DNA of 32,000 nucleotides from Staphylothermus hellenicus DSM 12710 (lineage in GTDB: Archaea > Thermoproteota > Thermoprotei_A > Sulfolobales > Desulfurococcaceae), in NCBI RefSeq assembly GCF_000092465.1, contig NC_014205.1:810001-842000 (forward strand), given 5' to 3'. Shown here in pieces: positions 8,354-17,088 of the stretch (positions are counted from its first letter, which is position 1; every line of letters begins with the position of its first letter). The translations under genes and the position numbers were made by a program. The notes below the pieces were generated by a model that had not been told where the DNA came from, made no database searches, and saw nothing but the letters and a program-made list of their open reading frames with translations.

Positions 8354-9219
8354 AAAATAATGCTTTCAGAATAGTATATGACGCCATAGTATGGGGGGAG
8401 AAGAAAGTATTAGATGAAGAGGATTTAGAGAAATGCATAGATATCGCAGCTAAGAACAAGGTACTACTACATTTTCTAAGAACAATGAATATAGACGGCG
8501 ATATCAGGGTTCGCCGAGAGAATATGTATAAAGAATTTCTTAGAAGTCTACGTTTAGTAGCTAATGCTTTGAAAGATATAGATCATGTCTTCATAAAGCT
8601 GCGTAAGCCTGTCAAGTATGTTCCATCAGATATAGACGTGCTTTTGAGGAGGAGAGATATTGGTAAAGCTTATAATAGGCTGAGAAGCCTTGGCTTCAAA
8701 GCCGAGGTCGTGGAACCATATACTTTAACGGTAACACGTGGAAGCATCATTGTCGACTTATATGTTCATCCAACAATGGGGGACATAATCTATATTGATG
8801 GCGAGAAGCTTATCGAGTATCGAGAAAATGGGTTCTTCGAGGACATAGAGATACCCGTACTGGAGAAACCTGTTGAAGCACTAATTGTTGCTGCACATGC
8901 AGTATATAAGGAGAGAATATATACGCTCAACGATTACATGACGATAAAGATGTGGGGATCCAGTAAAACAGTTAGGCTTGCCAAGGATTTTAAATGCTTA
9001 GATGCTGTCCGAGAAGCTCTCAGCATAAACGATATGGTTGGAAGAGGAGATCTAATTCTACCATATAAGATACCATTAAATAAATGGATCATACTGTTCA
9101 CACGCAAGATTTTCAGCGACAATGTAACTAGGGGAACTATTCTGAGAACTAGTAGGGCTTTAAGAGATCCAAGGTTTGGGAAAATGGTTAAATCTAAACT
9201 ATTCAGGGAAACATATTAG
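8350..9219 (+). CDS. Uncharacterised nucleotidyltransferase family protein (NTP_transf_5 / PF14907-like)
   Basis: 289-aa ORF. The segment FIKLRKPVKYVPSDIDVLLRRRDIGKAYNRLRSLGF ... VDLYVHPT ... AAHAVYKE matches the layout of that family from memory (KG..., sDiDlLv, L...Gy, vdlH, H..kh). It has a 4-nt overlap with the upstream P-loop gene. Confidence 0.65.
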   Translation: MKNNAFRIVYDAIVWGEKKVLDEEDLEKCIDIAAKNKVLLHFLRTMNIDGDIRVRRENMYKEFLRSLRLVANALKDIDHVFIKLRKPVKYVPSDIDVLLRRRDIGKAYNRLRSLGFKAEVVEPYTLTVTRGSIIVDLYVHPTMGDIIYIDGEKLIEYRENGFFEDIEIPVLEKPVEALIVAAHAVYKERIYTLNDYMTIKMWGSSKTVRLAKDFKCLDAVREALSINDMVGRGDLILPYKIPLNKWIILFTRKIFSDNVTRGTILRTSRALRDPRFGKMVKSKLFRETY

Positions 9220-9244
9220 AAACAATTATAGAGAGGAATGACTA

Positions 9245-10447
9245 CTATTTATTCTTCCCGCCTCTGATCATTTCATAGTACATATATGCTTTATTACGAG
9301 TATGCGGGTAGCCTAGTGATACTTGTTGCCACCCAATTATTTTATCGTTGCTCCACAGCTCTGCTTCCACCCCGCCATCATCTTCTCTTATATTAACTTT
9401 AAACCTGTATCCTAGTCTCTCCGCTTCTATTGGTGCTAAACCTATTGTTCTTATACTTATCTCGCCTATCTCCTCATATATCCTTGGTATTACTCCTAAG
9501 AACTCTTTTTCTTCGCCCACAATATTTGATGCAATTATTTCAGTATACTCTCCAGCAATGAATCCGAGTGGTCTATAAAGCGTTTTCCCGGATACATAGT
9601 CTTTTGATAAAGCACAGTCTCCTAATGCATACATGTCTCTATAGCCCTGGACTCTTCCATGATCATCTATTATTATTGCTCCACGCTGCATAGGTATATT
9701 TGTGTTCCTCAATAATTCCGTGTTTGGCCTGATACCTGTGGATAAAACTATGTGGTCTACACGTATTATTCCATGATCCGTTCTTAGAGCTTCTGCTCTA
9801 GAAGTACCCAGTACTTCTTCGACTCTTGTAGCCGTATATATTTTCACGCCTATTCCTCTCAGATATTCTTCAACATGTTTAGCCAAATCCTCTACTAGCA
9901 GTCCAGGGATCAAGCGATCCTTTATCTCTATTAGAGATACCTTATACCCTTTAAGCCTGAGAAGACCTGCAAGGCTACAACCTATGACCCCACCGCCTAT
10001 AATAGCGATCCTGCTGCCTCTTGGAAGACCCACTAGTCTCCAATAATCGTTTATGCTGTGATAAGTTGATACATTTGTTTTATCTAAGCCATTAATAGGG
10101 GGTATGAATGGTTTTCCGCCGAGGGCTAAGACTAGTTTATCGTAGCTAATAGTCTTTGATGAGCCAAGCTGATCAACTACTCTAACACTTCTCTCATCAA
10201 CCCTAACCTCTACTGCACGATGTTTTCTCAGAAACCTAACATTCCTGTCTAATAAATAATCTGTAACACCTATTATGAGTCCATCAGCGTTTCTTGCTCT
10301 TAGACAACTTATTAGTCTATGCCTAGAATATGGGGGCCACTCCTCCGATACAATTGTTATTTTCTCGCCTGGAACTCCTTTCCCTATAAGTTTGTAAGCA
10401 GTGTATAATCCAGCGATTCCTCCTCCGAGAATCAATATGTTATCCAT
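9245..10447 (-). CDS. FAD-dependent pyridine nucleotide-disulfide oxidoreductase family protein (ferredoxin/rubredoxin-NAD(P)+ reductase-like); putative AorC-like subunit
   Basis: Two dinucleotide-binding motifs are present: ILILGGGIAGLYTA (FAD) and IAIIGGGVIGCSLAG (NAD(P)). The GD motif is YALGDCA. It is 400 aa, on the same strand as the Fe-S gene and 24 nt downstream of it. Confidence 0.85.
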   Translation of the reverse strand: MDNILILGGGIAGLYTAYKLIGKGVPGEKITIVSEEWPPYSRHRLISCLRARNADGLIIGVTDYLLDRNVRFLRKHRAVEVRVDERSVRVVDQLGSSKTISYDKLVLALGGKPFIPPINGLDKTNVSTYHSINDYWRLVGLPRGSRIAIIGGGVIGCSLAGLLRLKGYKVSLIEIKDRLIPGLLVEDLAKHVEEYLRGIGVKIYTATRVEEVLGTSRAEALRTDHGIIRVDHIVLSTGIRPNTELLRNTNIPMQRGAIIIDDHGRVQGYRDMYALGDCALSKDYVSGKTLYRPLGFIAGEYTEIIASNIVGEEKEFLGVIPRIYEEIGEISIRTIGLAPIEAERLGYRFKVNIREDDGGVEAELWSNDKIIGWQQVSLGYPHTRNKAYMYYEMIRGGKNK

Positions 10448-10471
10448 TCTTACCAGGCCCTTAATGTGTCT

Positions 10472-10972
10472 TTAAGGCTTATAGATGTCTGTTATTCTCG
10501 ATAATTTCTTGATATATGATGTATTCTTATATGGTGTCTTCTCATATACGATAGCGTTTGTTGGACAAACCTTTACACACTCAGGATCACCGCCGCATAG
10601 ATCACATTTAACCACCTGTGCTCTCCTATTGATTATTATTGCTCCGAATGGGCAGGCATATACGCATTCATAGCAACCTATGCATTTATCATGGTTGATT
10701 ATGTATGCTCCTGTCTCAGGATTGTATGTTATAGCGTTTACTGGGCAAACCCTCATACATGGCGCGTCTTCGCACTGCATACAAGTTGTCGGAATAGATA
10801 CTGGTGATTCGGGTTGTGTCAATATTGTTATTCTTGACAAGGAAGGATTAATTATGTCTTCATGCTTTATAGAACATGCTAATTCGCATAAGTGGCAGCC
10901 TATGCATCTAGAATAATCTATTGCGAGGGTTTTATTCTTATGTTGAACAAGGATTTTTTGTAGTTCAGCCAT
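10472..10972 (-). CDS. Four-cluster [4Fe-4S] ferredoxin-like protein (DmsB/HybA-type); putative AorA-like electron-transfer subunit
   Basis: Four Cys motifs are present: CIGCHLCELAC, CMQCEDAPCMRVCP, CIGCYECVYACP and CDLCGGDPECVKVCP. It lies 27 nt downstream of the AOR gene. Confidence 0.9.
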   Translation of the reverse strand: MAELQKILVQHKNKTLAIDYSRCIGCHLCELACSIKHEDIINPSLSRITILTQPESPVSIPTTCMQCEDAPCMRVCPVNAITYNPETGAYIINHDKCIGCYECVYACPFGAIIINRRAQVVKCDLCGGDPECVKVCPTNAIVYEKTPYKNTSYIKKLSRITDIYKP

Positions 10973-10999
10973 GCCTCTTCACCTCTCCAATCTAATCCT

Positions 11000-12904
11000 T
11001 TATATATAGAGTGGGGGTCCATCCCACTCTGGATACTCCTTCTCCATATCCTCGATCACATAGTCTAATCCCAGCCTCTGCAACGTCTCCTTCTTTGGCA
11101 CACCAGTCTTTGGATCGCATCCTCTCCTCTCAAGGTATTCGTCAACCATCTTATTATGCTTCTCAAGCTCCTGCCTACCCTTCTCTGTATTCAAGATCTC
11201 TGGTGGTAGTGGGAGTCTGTAATGCTTCCTCTTAATCCCCTGCTTAACGTTGAAGGCTATTTCGAGAATATATATTCTCTCAGCAATAGTATTGATCATT
11301 TCCTCAGTAAACTCTATACCTGAAGCCGCTGTTAATACTTTAGCCAATCCCTTGAACAACGGCCATTTCCAGGATAGAGGTACGGCTTGTGGCCACAGAT
11401 TTATCGATCCCTTACATCTCCCAATACTGTCTGCCATAGCACATGCGTTCTCACTCACAATTACTGCTCCAACAGGGTCTTTACGGTAGTCTGGGAGACC
11501 ATTGCTCAGCAGCTTCTTCGGTAGCTCGGGATCCATGTTCCTATCATTCTCCCAGTAAGCCCAAGACCTTCCTCTTAAATGGTCTGCTCCGCGAGTTGAT
11601 GTTGCATGTGATAATGTGAATACCCCGTTTAGGAAGTCTACATGATACCATCCCCTGCCAAGACCCTTAACATCATATGAGTACTGCAATGCTTTATCGC
11701 CGAATAGCTTAGCAAAGTTACGGTATCCCTCAGCAAGCTTTGCTCCAAATCCTTTCCTATAAGCCATCATCTCCACTAGTTTAGCATATGTTTCCCCATC
11801 ACCCCATTGAAGCTTTATTCCACCGGTATCTTCATCAGTAATTATTCCTTTCTGGTACAGAAAAGTTGCCAGTGCAAGTGTGTCTCCAACAGTTATTACA
11901 TCCATACCGTACTCATCACACATGTGTTCAAGTTTGTAGAATGTTTCAGTATCAGTTATGCCCAGGTTTGTTCCTAGGGCGAATACTGATTCGAACTCTG
12001 TAGAGTATCCTTGAATCTCTTCTGTTCTATATACATCTTTGCATCCTATGGGGCAACTATAACAAGATGTCCTACCGATCTCGTATCTTGCTAGATCCTG
12101 TGGTCTAAGACCTACAGGTATCTCTTCTGGTCCAAGGTATTTCTCATAGTATTTCCATCCAGGATACCATTGCAGCATTCCATAATGTGTTCCGATCACC
12201 GAGTATATTTTCTTAATGAACTCATTTTTCTTAAAATACTCAATATCCATTTTTGCATACTCATATAGTTTCTCCGGATCATATACTTCTACACCCTTAG
12301 TTCCTCTCAACGCTATTGCTTTCAAATACTTAGATCCCCAGACAGCACCACTACCCCTAGCTCCTGAATGGAACTTGTCCACCATTGTTGAAGCAGGTCT
12401 TACAAGGTGTTCTCCGGCAGGACCAATTCCCGCCACAGTTATATCGTCTCCATGCTCATCACGTAATGCATCAACTGTTTCACCAAACGTGAGACCCCAT
12501 AAGTGCTCAGCACTCCTGATCTCTGCGTGGTCATCGTCTATCCAAACATATACTGGCTTACTGGCCTTACCAGTAATTATTATTTGATCATATCCTGCAT
12601 GCTTCATTTTAGCGGCAAAATCCCCTCCAGCATTACCATCTCCGAGAATCCCTGTTAGAGATGATAGTGTTGAAATATGTAGTCTACTAGTGAATGGCAT
12701 AACTGTTCCAGCCAATGCACCATTACCTAGTGCTATAATGTTTTCAGGACCCAAAGGATCTATTCCTGCAGGAACATACTTGTACAACATATAATCGTTT
12801 AAACCCCTACCACCAAGATATTGTACAGCGATCTCCCGCTCAAGCGGTTTCTTAACGATCTTCTCCCTCGACAGATCAACTATTAGAATAGTACCTCCCC
12901 ACAT
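11000..12904 (-). CDS. aor: Tungsten-containing aldehyde:ferredoxin oxidoreductase family protein
   Basis: The N-terminus MWGGTILIVDLS...YLGGRGL is typical of the AOR family. The [4Fe-4S] ligands CYSCPIGC (CxxCxxxC) are present, and the length is about 634 aa. The track ORF starts at GTG 12934. ATG 12904 is more plausible. Confidence 0.9.
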   Translation of the reverse strand: MWGGTILIVDLSREKIVKKPLEREIAVQYLGGRGLNDYMLYKYVPAGIDPLGPENIIALGNGALAGTVMPFTSRLHISTLSSLTGILGDGNAGGDFAAKMKHAGYDQIIITGKASKPVYVWIDDDHAEIRSAEHLWGLTFGETVDALRDEHGDDITVAGIGPAGEHLVRPASTMVDKFHSGARGSGAVWGSKYLKAIALRGTKGVEVYDPEKLYEYAKMDIEYFKKNEFIKKIYSVIGTHYGMLQWYPGWKYYEKYLGPEEIPVGLRPQDLARYEIGRTSCYSCPIGCKDVYRTEEIQGYSTEFESVFALGTNLGITDTETFYKLEHMCDEYGMDVITVGDTLALATFLYQKGIITDEDTGGIKLQWGDGETYAKLVEMMAYRKGFGAKLAEGYRNFAKLFGDKALQYSYDVKGLGRGWYHVDFLNGVFTLSHATSTRGADHLRGRSWAYWENDRNMDPELPKKLLSNGLPDYRKDPVGAVIVSENACAMADSIGRCKGSINLWPQAVPLSWKWPLFKGLAKVLTAASGIEFTEEMINTIAERIYILEIAFNVKQGIKRKHYRLPLPPEILNTEKGRQELEKHNKMVDEYLERRGCDPKTGVPKKETLQRLGLDYVIEDMEKEYPEWDGPPLYI

Positions 12905-13434
12905 ATACAGCCTCGACAACCAACACCACACCACTTAATAGTTTTTAGATTAGATTAGAAATATGTATCTTGATAAAATAAAAACTTTATACCAGCATAG
13001 TCATCACAGCATCTACCCCTATCATTTGATTATAGTATCTTAAACAAGGAGATCAATCAAAAAACCGGATGCATACGTGGTTGCTTCAACATATGGAGCC
13101 GTGGAAGCTATTATGCATGTATTAAAGGAGAGCGGCATTGTTAGATTACTCTTTAAACATTGATCTTAAGAGAAAATGGTTTGAGAAGGATGAGCTCGGT
13201 GTTCATTATGCACGCTTAGACTGTGAGAATAGTGTCTATGGCGGGGAAGTCTGATAAACCACTTCTTGAAACACTGGTTACTAGAAGGCTTAGATCTAGG
13301 GGTATTATGGAAGTCGTTGTAGACATATAAGGATTGAAGAAATGGATATAGCTTATTCTAGTCTAGAGGATAGTGTTATACTATATTTTAAGACTAGAGA
13401 TTATATGAGAATATGTAGGGGCGACTACGTTGTT

Positions 13435-14058
13435 CTAGGCATAGTTCCTCTTCCAGCCTGTATTATAGGAGGTAAGGTATCTAGAGTAGATAGGAACGGG
13501 TTTGTATGGGTCATTATCAAGAAATTGTATAGGATGCCTAGAAGACATAGCTATAATCAATGGCCTATCGTATATACCAATATACCTTCTAAGACCGTCA
13601 ATACAGTATCTAGATCCTTTAAAGCACTTTAAAAATTTCTTAGGAAACCATAGATCCAGTAGCTTGAGCTTACCAGCTGAAGCAATATTACCTATCACTA
13701 TAGACAGCATTATTGATATGTCGAAGCCGAAGTTCCTCCATGGAAATGCTATAGACAATATAAACTTCCTAATATTAATATCTCCAGGGATCTCAAACTC
13801 GTAGTCGGGGATCTTATATAACCCTATAACTTTTGCTGCATACCTCCTCCTCATTTCAGGGGTTTCAGCAGAAACCCTAATCCATGTGCCAATGAGTTCC
13901 TCTAGAGCTATTACATGTGCTACAGTATCTGGATCAAGATTCCTAGGTATACTAACTAGGTAATGTGCTATAACATATTCTTCTGTACCAAGATCCTCTA
14001 TAAACAGATCTGTTAGATCATAATAACTTATTCTAGGAACCTTAGACAAACATCCCAC
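13435..14058 (-). pseudogene. rbcL: RuBisCO large-subunit-like gene (type III/RLP-like), truncated and decayed; only the N-domain and the start of the barrel remain
   Basis: The 207-aa ORF contains ALEELIGTW (compare AAESSTGTW) and SIVIGNIASAGKLKLLDLWFPKKFLKCFKGSRYCIDGLRRYIGIYDRPL. This aligns closely with my memory of Thermococcus RbcL (GNIFG...LRLEDLYFPEKLIREFDGPAFGIEGVRKMLEIKDRPI). The KPK(V/L)G catalytic-Lys segment is deleted, KDDE reads DNDP, and a stop falls about 240 aa short of full length. Confidence 0.55.
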
Positions 14059-14070
14059 TCTAAGAAATAT

Positions 14071-14090
14071 CTCTTATATTTTTATAAGAG
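14071..14090. promoter_or_regulatory. Palindromic TATA-like element CTCTTATA-tttt-TATAAGAG upstream of the RuBisCO-like ORF
   Basis: Perfect 8-bp inverted arms, checked base by base. The centre is about 22 nt upstream of ATG 14058, which is consistent with a leaderless archaeal promoter. Confidence 0.3.
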
Positions 14091-14307
14091 TTTATCATTA
14101 CAAATAATCTCTTGTGACTATTCTGAAGAGAATATTGAAAAGGCCTAGATCTTTTCCGGGAACAATTTTCTCTATGTACAAGATATGTGAACAACTACCT
14201 AGCTTGTATAAAATAGAATTGTAGTGGGAATTGTATGGGAAAGATTATTTAGTTACCGTGGTATTATTCTATGAATGTGTTGATAGCCTCTACAGGTGGC
14301 TTGATGC

Positions 14308-15966
14308 ATGTATACATACAGGCTTAAAGCTATAAGCAAAACTGCTTGGACAATAATAATCATATTCCTAATAATAATTGGTGCTGTAGCTGTATGGTAT
14401 TCGAGTACTTGGGGAAAACCTGCTGAGACCGCCACGACCACTACGTCATCTCCCACCACATCATCTACTACGTCATTACCTGCAACCACTTCTGCAACAT
14501 CACCTGCGGTTAAACAAATTGTTATTGGTGTAACGGATAAGGTTACAGATCTTGATCCGTCAAATGCGTATGACTTCTTTACATGGGAAGTACTAAACAA
14601 TATTATGGAGGGTCTTGTAAAGTATAAGCCTGGCACACTCGATATAGTGCCAGGCCTCGCCGAGAGCTGGGAGGTAAGTGATGACAGTAAGACATGGACA
14701 TTCCATCTTAGAAGCGGGTTAAAATTTGCTGATGGAACACCATTAACTGCCCAAGATGTTGTTAGAAGTATAAATAGGGTTATGAGGATAAATGGTGATC
14801 CAGCATGGCTTGTGACATCATTTGTTGAAAGCGTTGAGGCACCAGATAACCTAACTGTTGTATTCCATCTAAAACAGCCAACAGCATACTTCCTAGCACT
14901 ACTAGCAACCCCACCATACTTCCCTGTTCACCCAGCTTATAAGCCTGACGAGATAGACTCTGACCAGACAGCTGGCGGTGCAGGACCATATAAGATCACT
15001 AAGTTTATTAGAGATGATGTATTAGTGCTTGAAACTAATCCATACTACTATGGTGATAAACCTAAGACAAGCAAGATTGTTATAAAGTTCTTTAGAGACG
15101 CTACATCGCTAAGACTTGCCATAGAGAATGGTGAAATAGATATTGCATGGAGAACTCTTAGGCCAACTGATATAGATTACTTCAAGAAAGCATCTGGCTA
15201 TAAGGTTATAGAGGTTCCAGGCTCCTTTATAAGATATATATGTATAAACACTAAGATGTCTCCAGTAGACAATAAGCTTGTAAGACAAGCACTTGCAGCT
15301 GCAATTAATAGGCAGGATATAATAGATACTGTACTACTTGGTGCAGGCGAGCCCCTCTACAGCTTAGTCCCAAATGGTATGTGGAGCCATATAGATGTGT
15401 TTAAGGAGAAATATGGTAATGCAAACATAGATCTAGCTAAACAGCTTCTGCAGAAAGCAGGGTATAGTGAAGAAAACAAGCTCCACATAGAACTATGGTA
15501 TACTCCAACACACTATGGCGATACTGAAGCAGATATTGCACAGGTTATTAAGGAGCAGTGGGAAGCAACAGGTATGATCACCGTGGATATTAAGAGTGCT
15601 GAATGGGGTACCTACGTCGACTATATAAGGAACAACCAGTTAATGGTTTATCTACTAGGATGGTATCCAGACTATCTTGATCCAGACGACTATCTAACAC
15701 CATTCCTCCACAGTGAATCAAACTCATGGGCAGGAACACAGTATGCAAATGCTACAGTGGATCAATTGCTTGTCAAGGCTCAAACTATAACTGATCAGAA
15801 TCAGAGAGCCCAGTTATATAAACAAGTACAGGAGATCTTTGCTGAAGACGTGCCATATATACCTATATTCCAGGGTAAACTCTATATTATTGCTAGAGAA
15901 GGTGTTGAAGGTATAATACCAAACCCCACAATGCTACTGCTATACTCAACAATCTACAAGTCTTGA
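14308..15966 (+). CDS. ABC transporter substrate-binding protein, family 5 (Opp/Dpp-type), membrane-anchored through an N-terminal TM helix and a Thr/Ser-rich linker
   Basis: 552-aa ORF. The TM helix is TAWTIIIIFLIIIGAVAVWY and the linker is TATTTTSSPTTSSTTSLPATTSATSP. The SBP_bac_5-like core includes LDPSNAYDFFTWEVLNNIMEGLVKY and GWYPDYLDPDDYL. Confidence 0.9.
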   Translation: MYTYRLKAISKTAWTIIIIFLIIIGAVAVWYSSTWGKPAETATTTTSSPTTSSTTSLPATTSATSPAVKQIVIGVTDKVTDLDPSNAYDFFTWEVLNNIMEGLVKYKPGTLDIVPGLAESWEVSDDSKTWTFHLRSGLKFADGTPLTAQDVVRSINRVMRINGDPAWLVTSFVESVEAPDNLTVVFHLKQPTAYFLALLATPPYFPVHPAYKPDEIDSDQTAGGAGPYKITKFIRDDVLVLETNPYYYGDKPKTSKIVIKFFRDATSLRLAIENGEIDIAWRTLRPTDIDYFKKASGYKVIEVPGSFIRYICINTKMSPVDNKLVRQALAAAINRQDIIDTVLLGAGEPLYSLVPNGMWSHIDVFKEKYGNANIDLAKQLLQKAGYSEENKLHIELWYTPTHYGDTEADIAQVIKEQWEATGMITVDIKSAEWGTYVDYIRNNQLMVYLLGWYPDYLDPDDYLTPFLHSESNSWAGTQYANATVDQLLVKAQTITDQNQRAQLYKQVQEIFAEDVPYIPIFQGKLYIIAREGVEGIIPNPTMLLLYSTIYKS

Positions 15967-16000
15967 AAATATTAAAAATCCTAGTTTAAAATAAAACAAC

Positions 16001-16008
16001 TATTTTTT
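16001..16008 (+). terminator. Oligo-T tract (tatttttt) after the binding-protein gene; possible partial terminator
   Basis: The T6 run lies 35 nt after stop 15966, in a 98-nt intergenic gap ahead of the permease genes. Archaeal RNA polymerase terminates at oligo-T. Confidence 0.3.
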
Positions 16009-16050
16009 AAAAATCTTTATACTTCCTATAACCTTGAAAAAGGATTGCTT

Positions 16051-16060
16051 AGGAGGAGGT
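16051..16060 (+). promoter_or_regulatory. Shine-Dalgarno box AGGAGGAGGT, 4 nt upstream of the GTG start of the permease gene
   Basis: Read directly as ttAGGAGGAGGTtggtGTG. Confidence 0.5.
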
Positions 16061-16064
16061 TGGT

Positions 16065-17087
16065 GTGGCAGCTAGAGGCCTTGGCTACTATGTATTGATA
16101 AGAGCACTTCTAATAATACCCACAATACTGATCCTCTATACCATTGTCTTTATACTTCTCCGAATACTTCCAGGAAACCCTATCTTAGCAGTTGTTGGTA
16201 CAAGGAATATTCCTGAGGAGCAGCTTCAGCATCTAATGCATATGGCCGGCCTCGATAAACCATTATATATTCAGTACTTTGACTACCTATGGAGGGTGTT
16301 GCATGGAGATTTTGGTGTAACACTCGCCATACCCCAGGGTACACCTGTTATAGACTATATTATGTTAAGGTTCCCAGCAACTCTGGAGCTTACAATATTT
16401 GGTTTTACAATAAGTGTACTATTAGGGTTGCTAACAGGTGTTGTGGGAGCTGTAAAAAGGGGTACCATTATTGACTCCTCTATGAGGCTCTATAGTATAA
16501 TAGCATATACATTATTTATTCCATGGTTTGGCTTAATGCTTCAATACTTATTCGGTGTAGTATTAGGGATACTGCCGACATCTGGGAGACTAGATCCAGG
16601 GCTGCATCTTGAAACCCCTACCGGGCTCTATGTACTAGACAGTATTATTACCGGTAACTGGGCTGCTTTAAGAAGCGCACTAGCCCATCTAGTACTACCA
16701 AGTATTACACTTGGTATTGTCCTTAGTGGTGCATATACAAGGCTTGTAAGAAACAACATGATTGATGTACTTAGCCAGGACTTCATTAGATCATATCATG
16801 CAAGAGGTGTTAAGGGATGGAAGGTTACATGGTATGCGTTAAAGAATGCCTTCATACCCATTGTAACATTGATGGGGCTACAGTTTGCAATCCTCCTCGG
16901 AGGAGCAGTATTAACTGAGACAACCTTTAGCTGGCCAGGTATGGGGACATTCATTGTTGATAGGCTCGAGTACAGAGACTACGCTTCCATCCAGGGAGCC
17001 ATAATATTCTTCGCCATATTTGTAAGCATTATAAGCTTGATTGTTGACATAATCTATGCACTCCTTGATCCTAGAGTGAAGTATTAG
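16065..17087 (+). CDS. ABC transporter permease (OppB/DppB-type)
   Basis: 340 aa and polytopic. It has a BPD_transp_1-type EAA region (SQDFIRSYHARGVKGWKVTWYALKNAF) and the N-terminal motif LPGNPI. Confidence 0.9.
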   Translation: MAARGLGYYVLIRALLIIPTILILYTIVFILLRILPGNPILAVVGTRNIPEEQLQHLMHMAGLDKPLYIQYFDYLWRVLHGDFGVTLAIPQGTPVIDYIMLRFPATLELTIFGFTISVLLGLLTGVVGAVKRGTIIDSSMRLYSIIAYTLFIPWFGLMLQYLFGVVLGILPTSGRLDPGLHLETPTGLYVLDSIITGNWAALRSALAHLVLPSITLGIVLSGAYTRLVRNNMIDVLSQDFIRSYHARGVKGWKVTWYALKNAFIPIVTLMGLQFAILLGGAVLTETTFSWPGMGTFIVDRLEYRDYASIQGAIIFFAIFVSIISLIVDIIYALLDPRVKY

Positions 17088-17088
17088 C

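Noticed and set aside
12216-12587. 123-aa plus-strand ORF inside the AOR gene (also 11011..11235 and 11250..11489)
   Set aside because: They are antisense to the AOR coding sequence, which has unambiguous family motifs. No independent signals support them.
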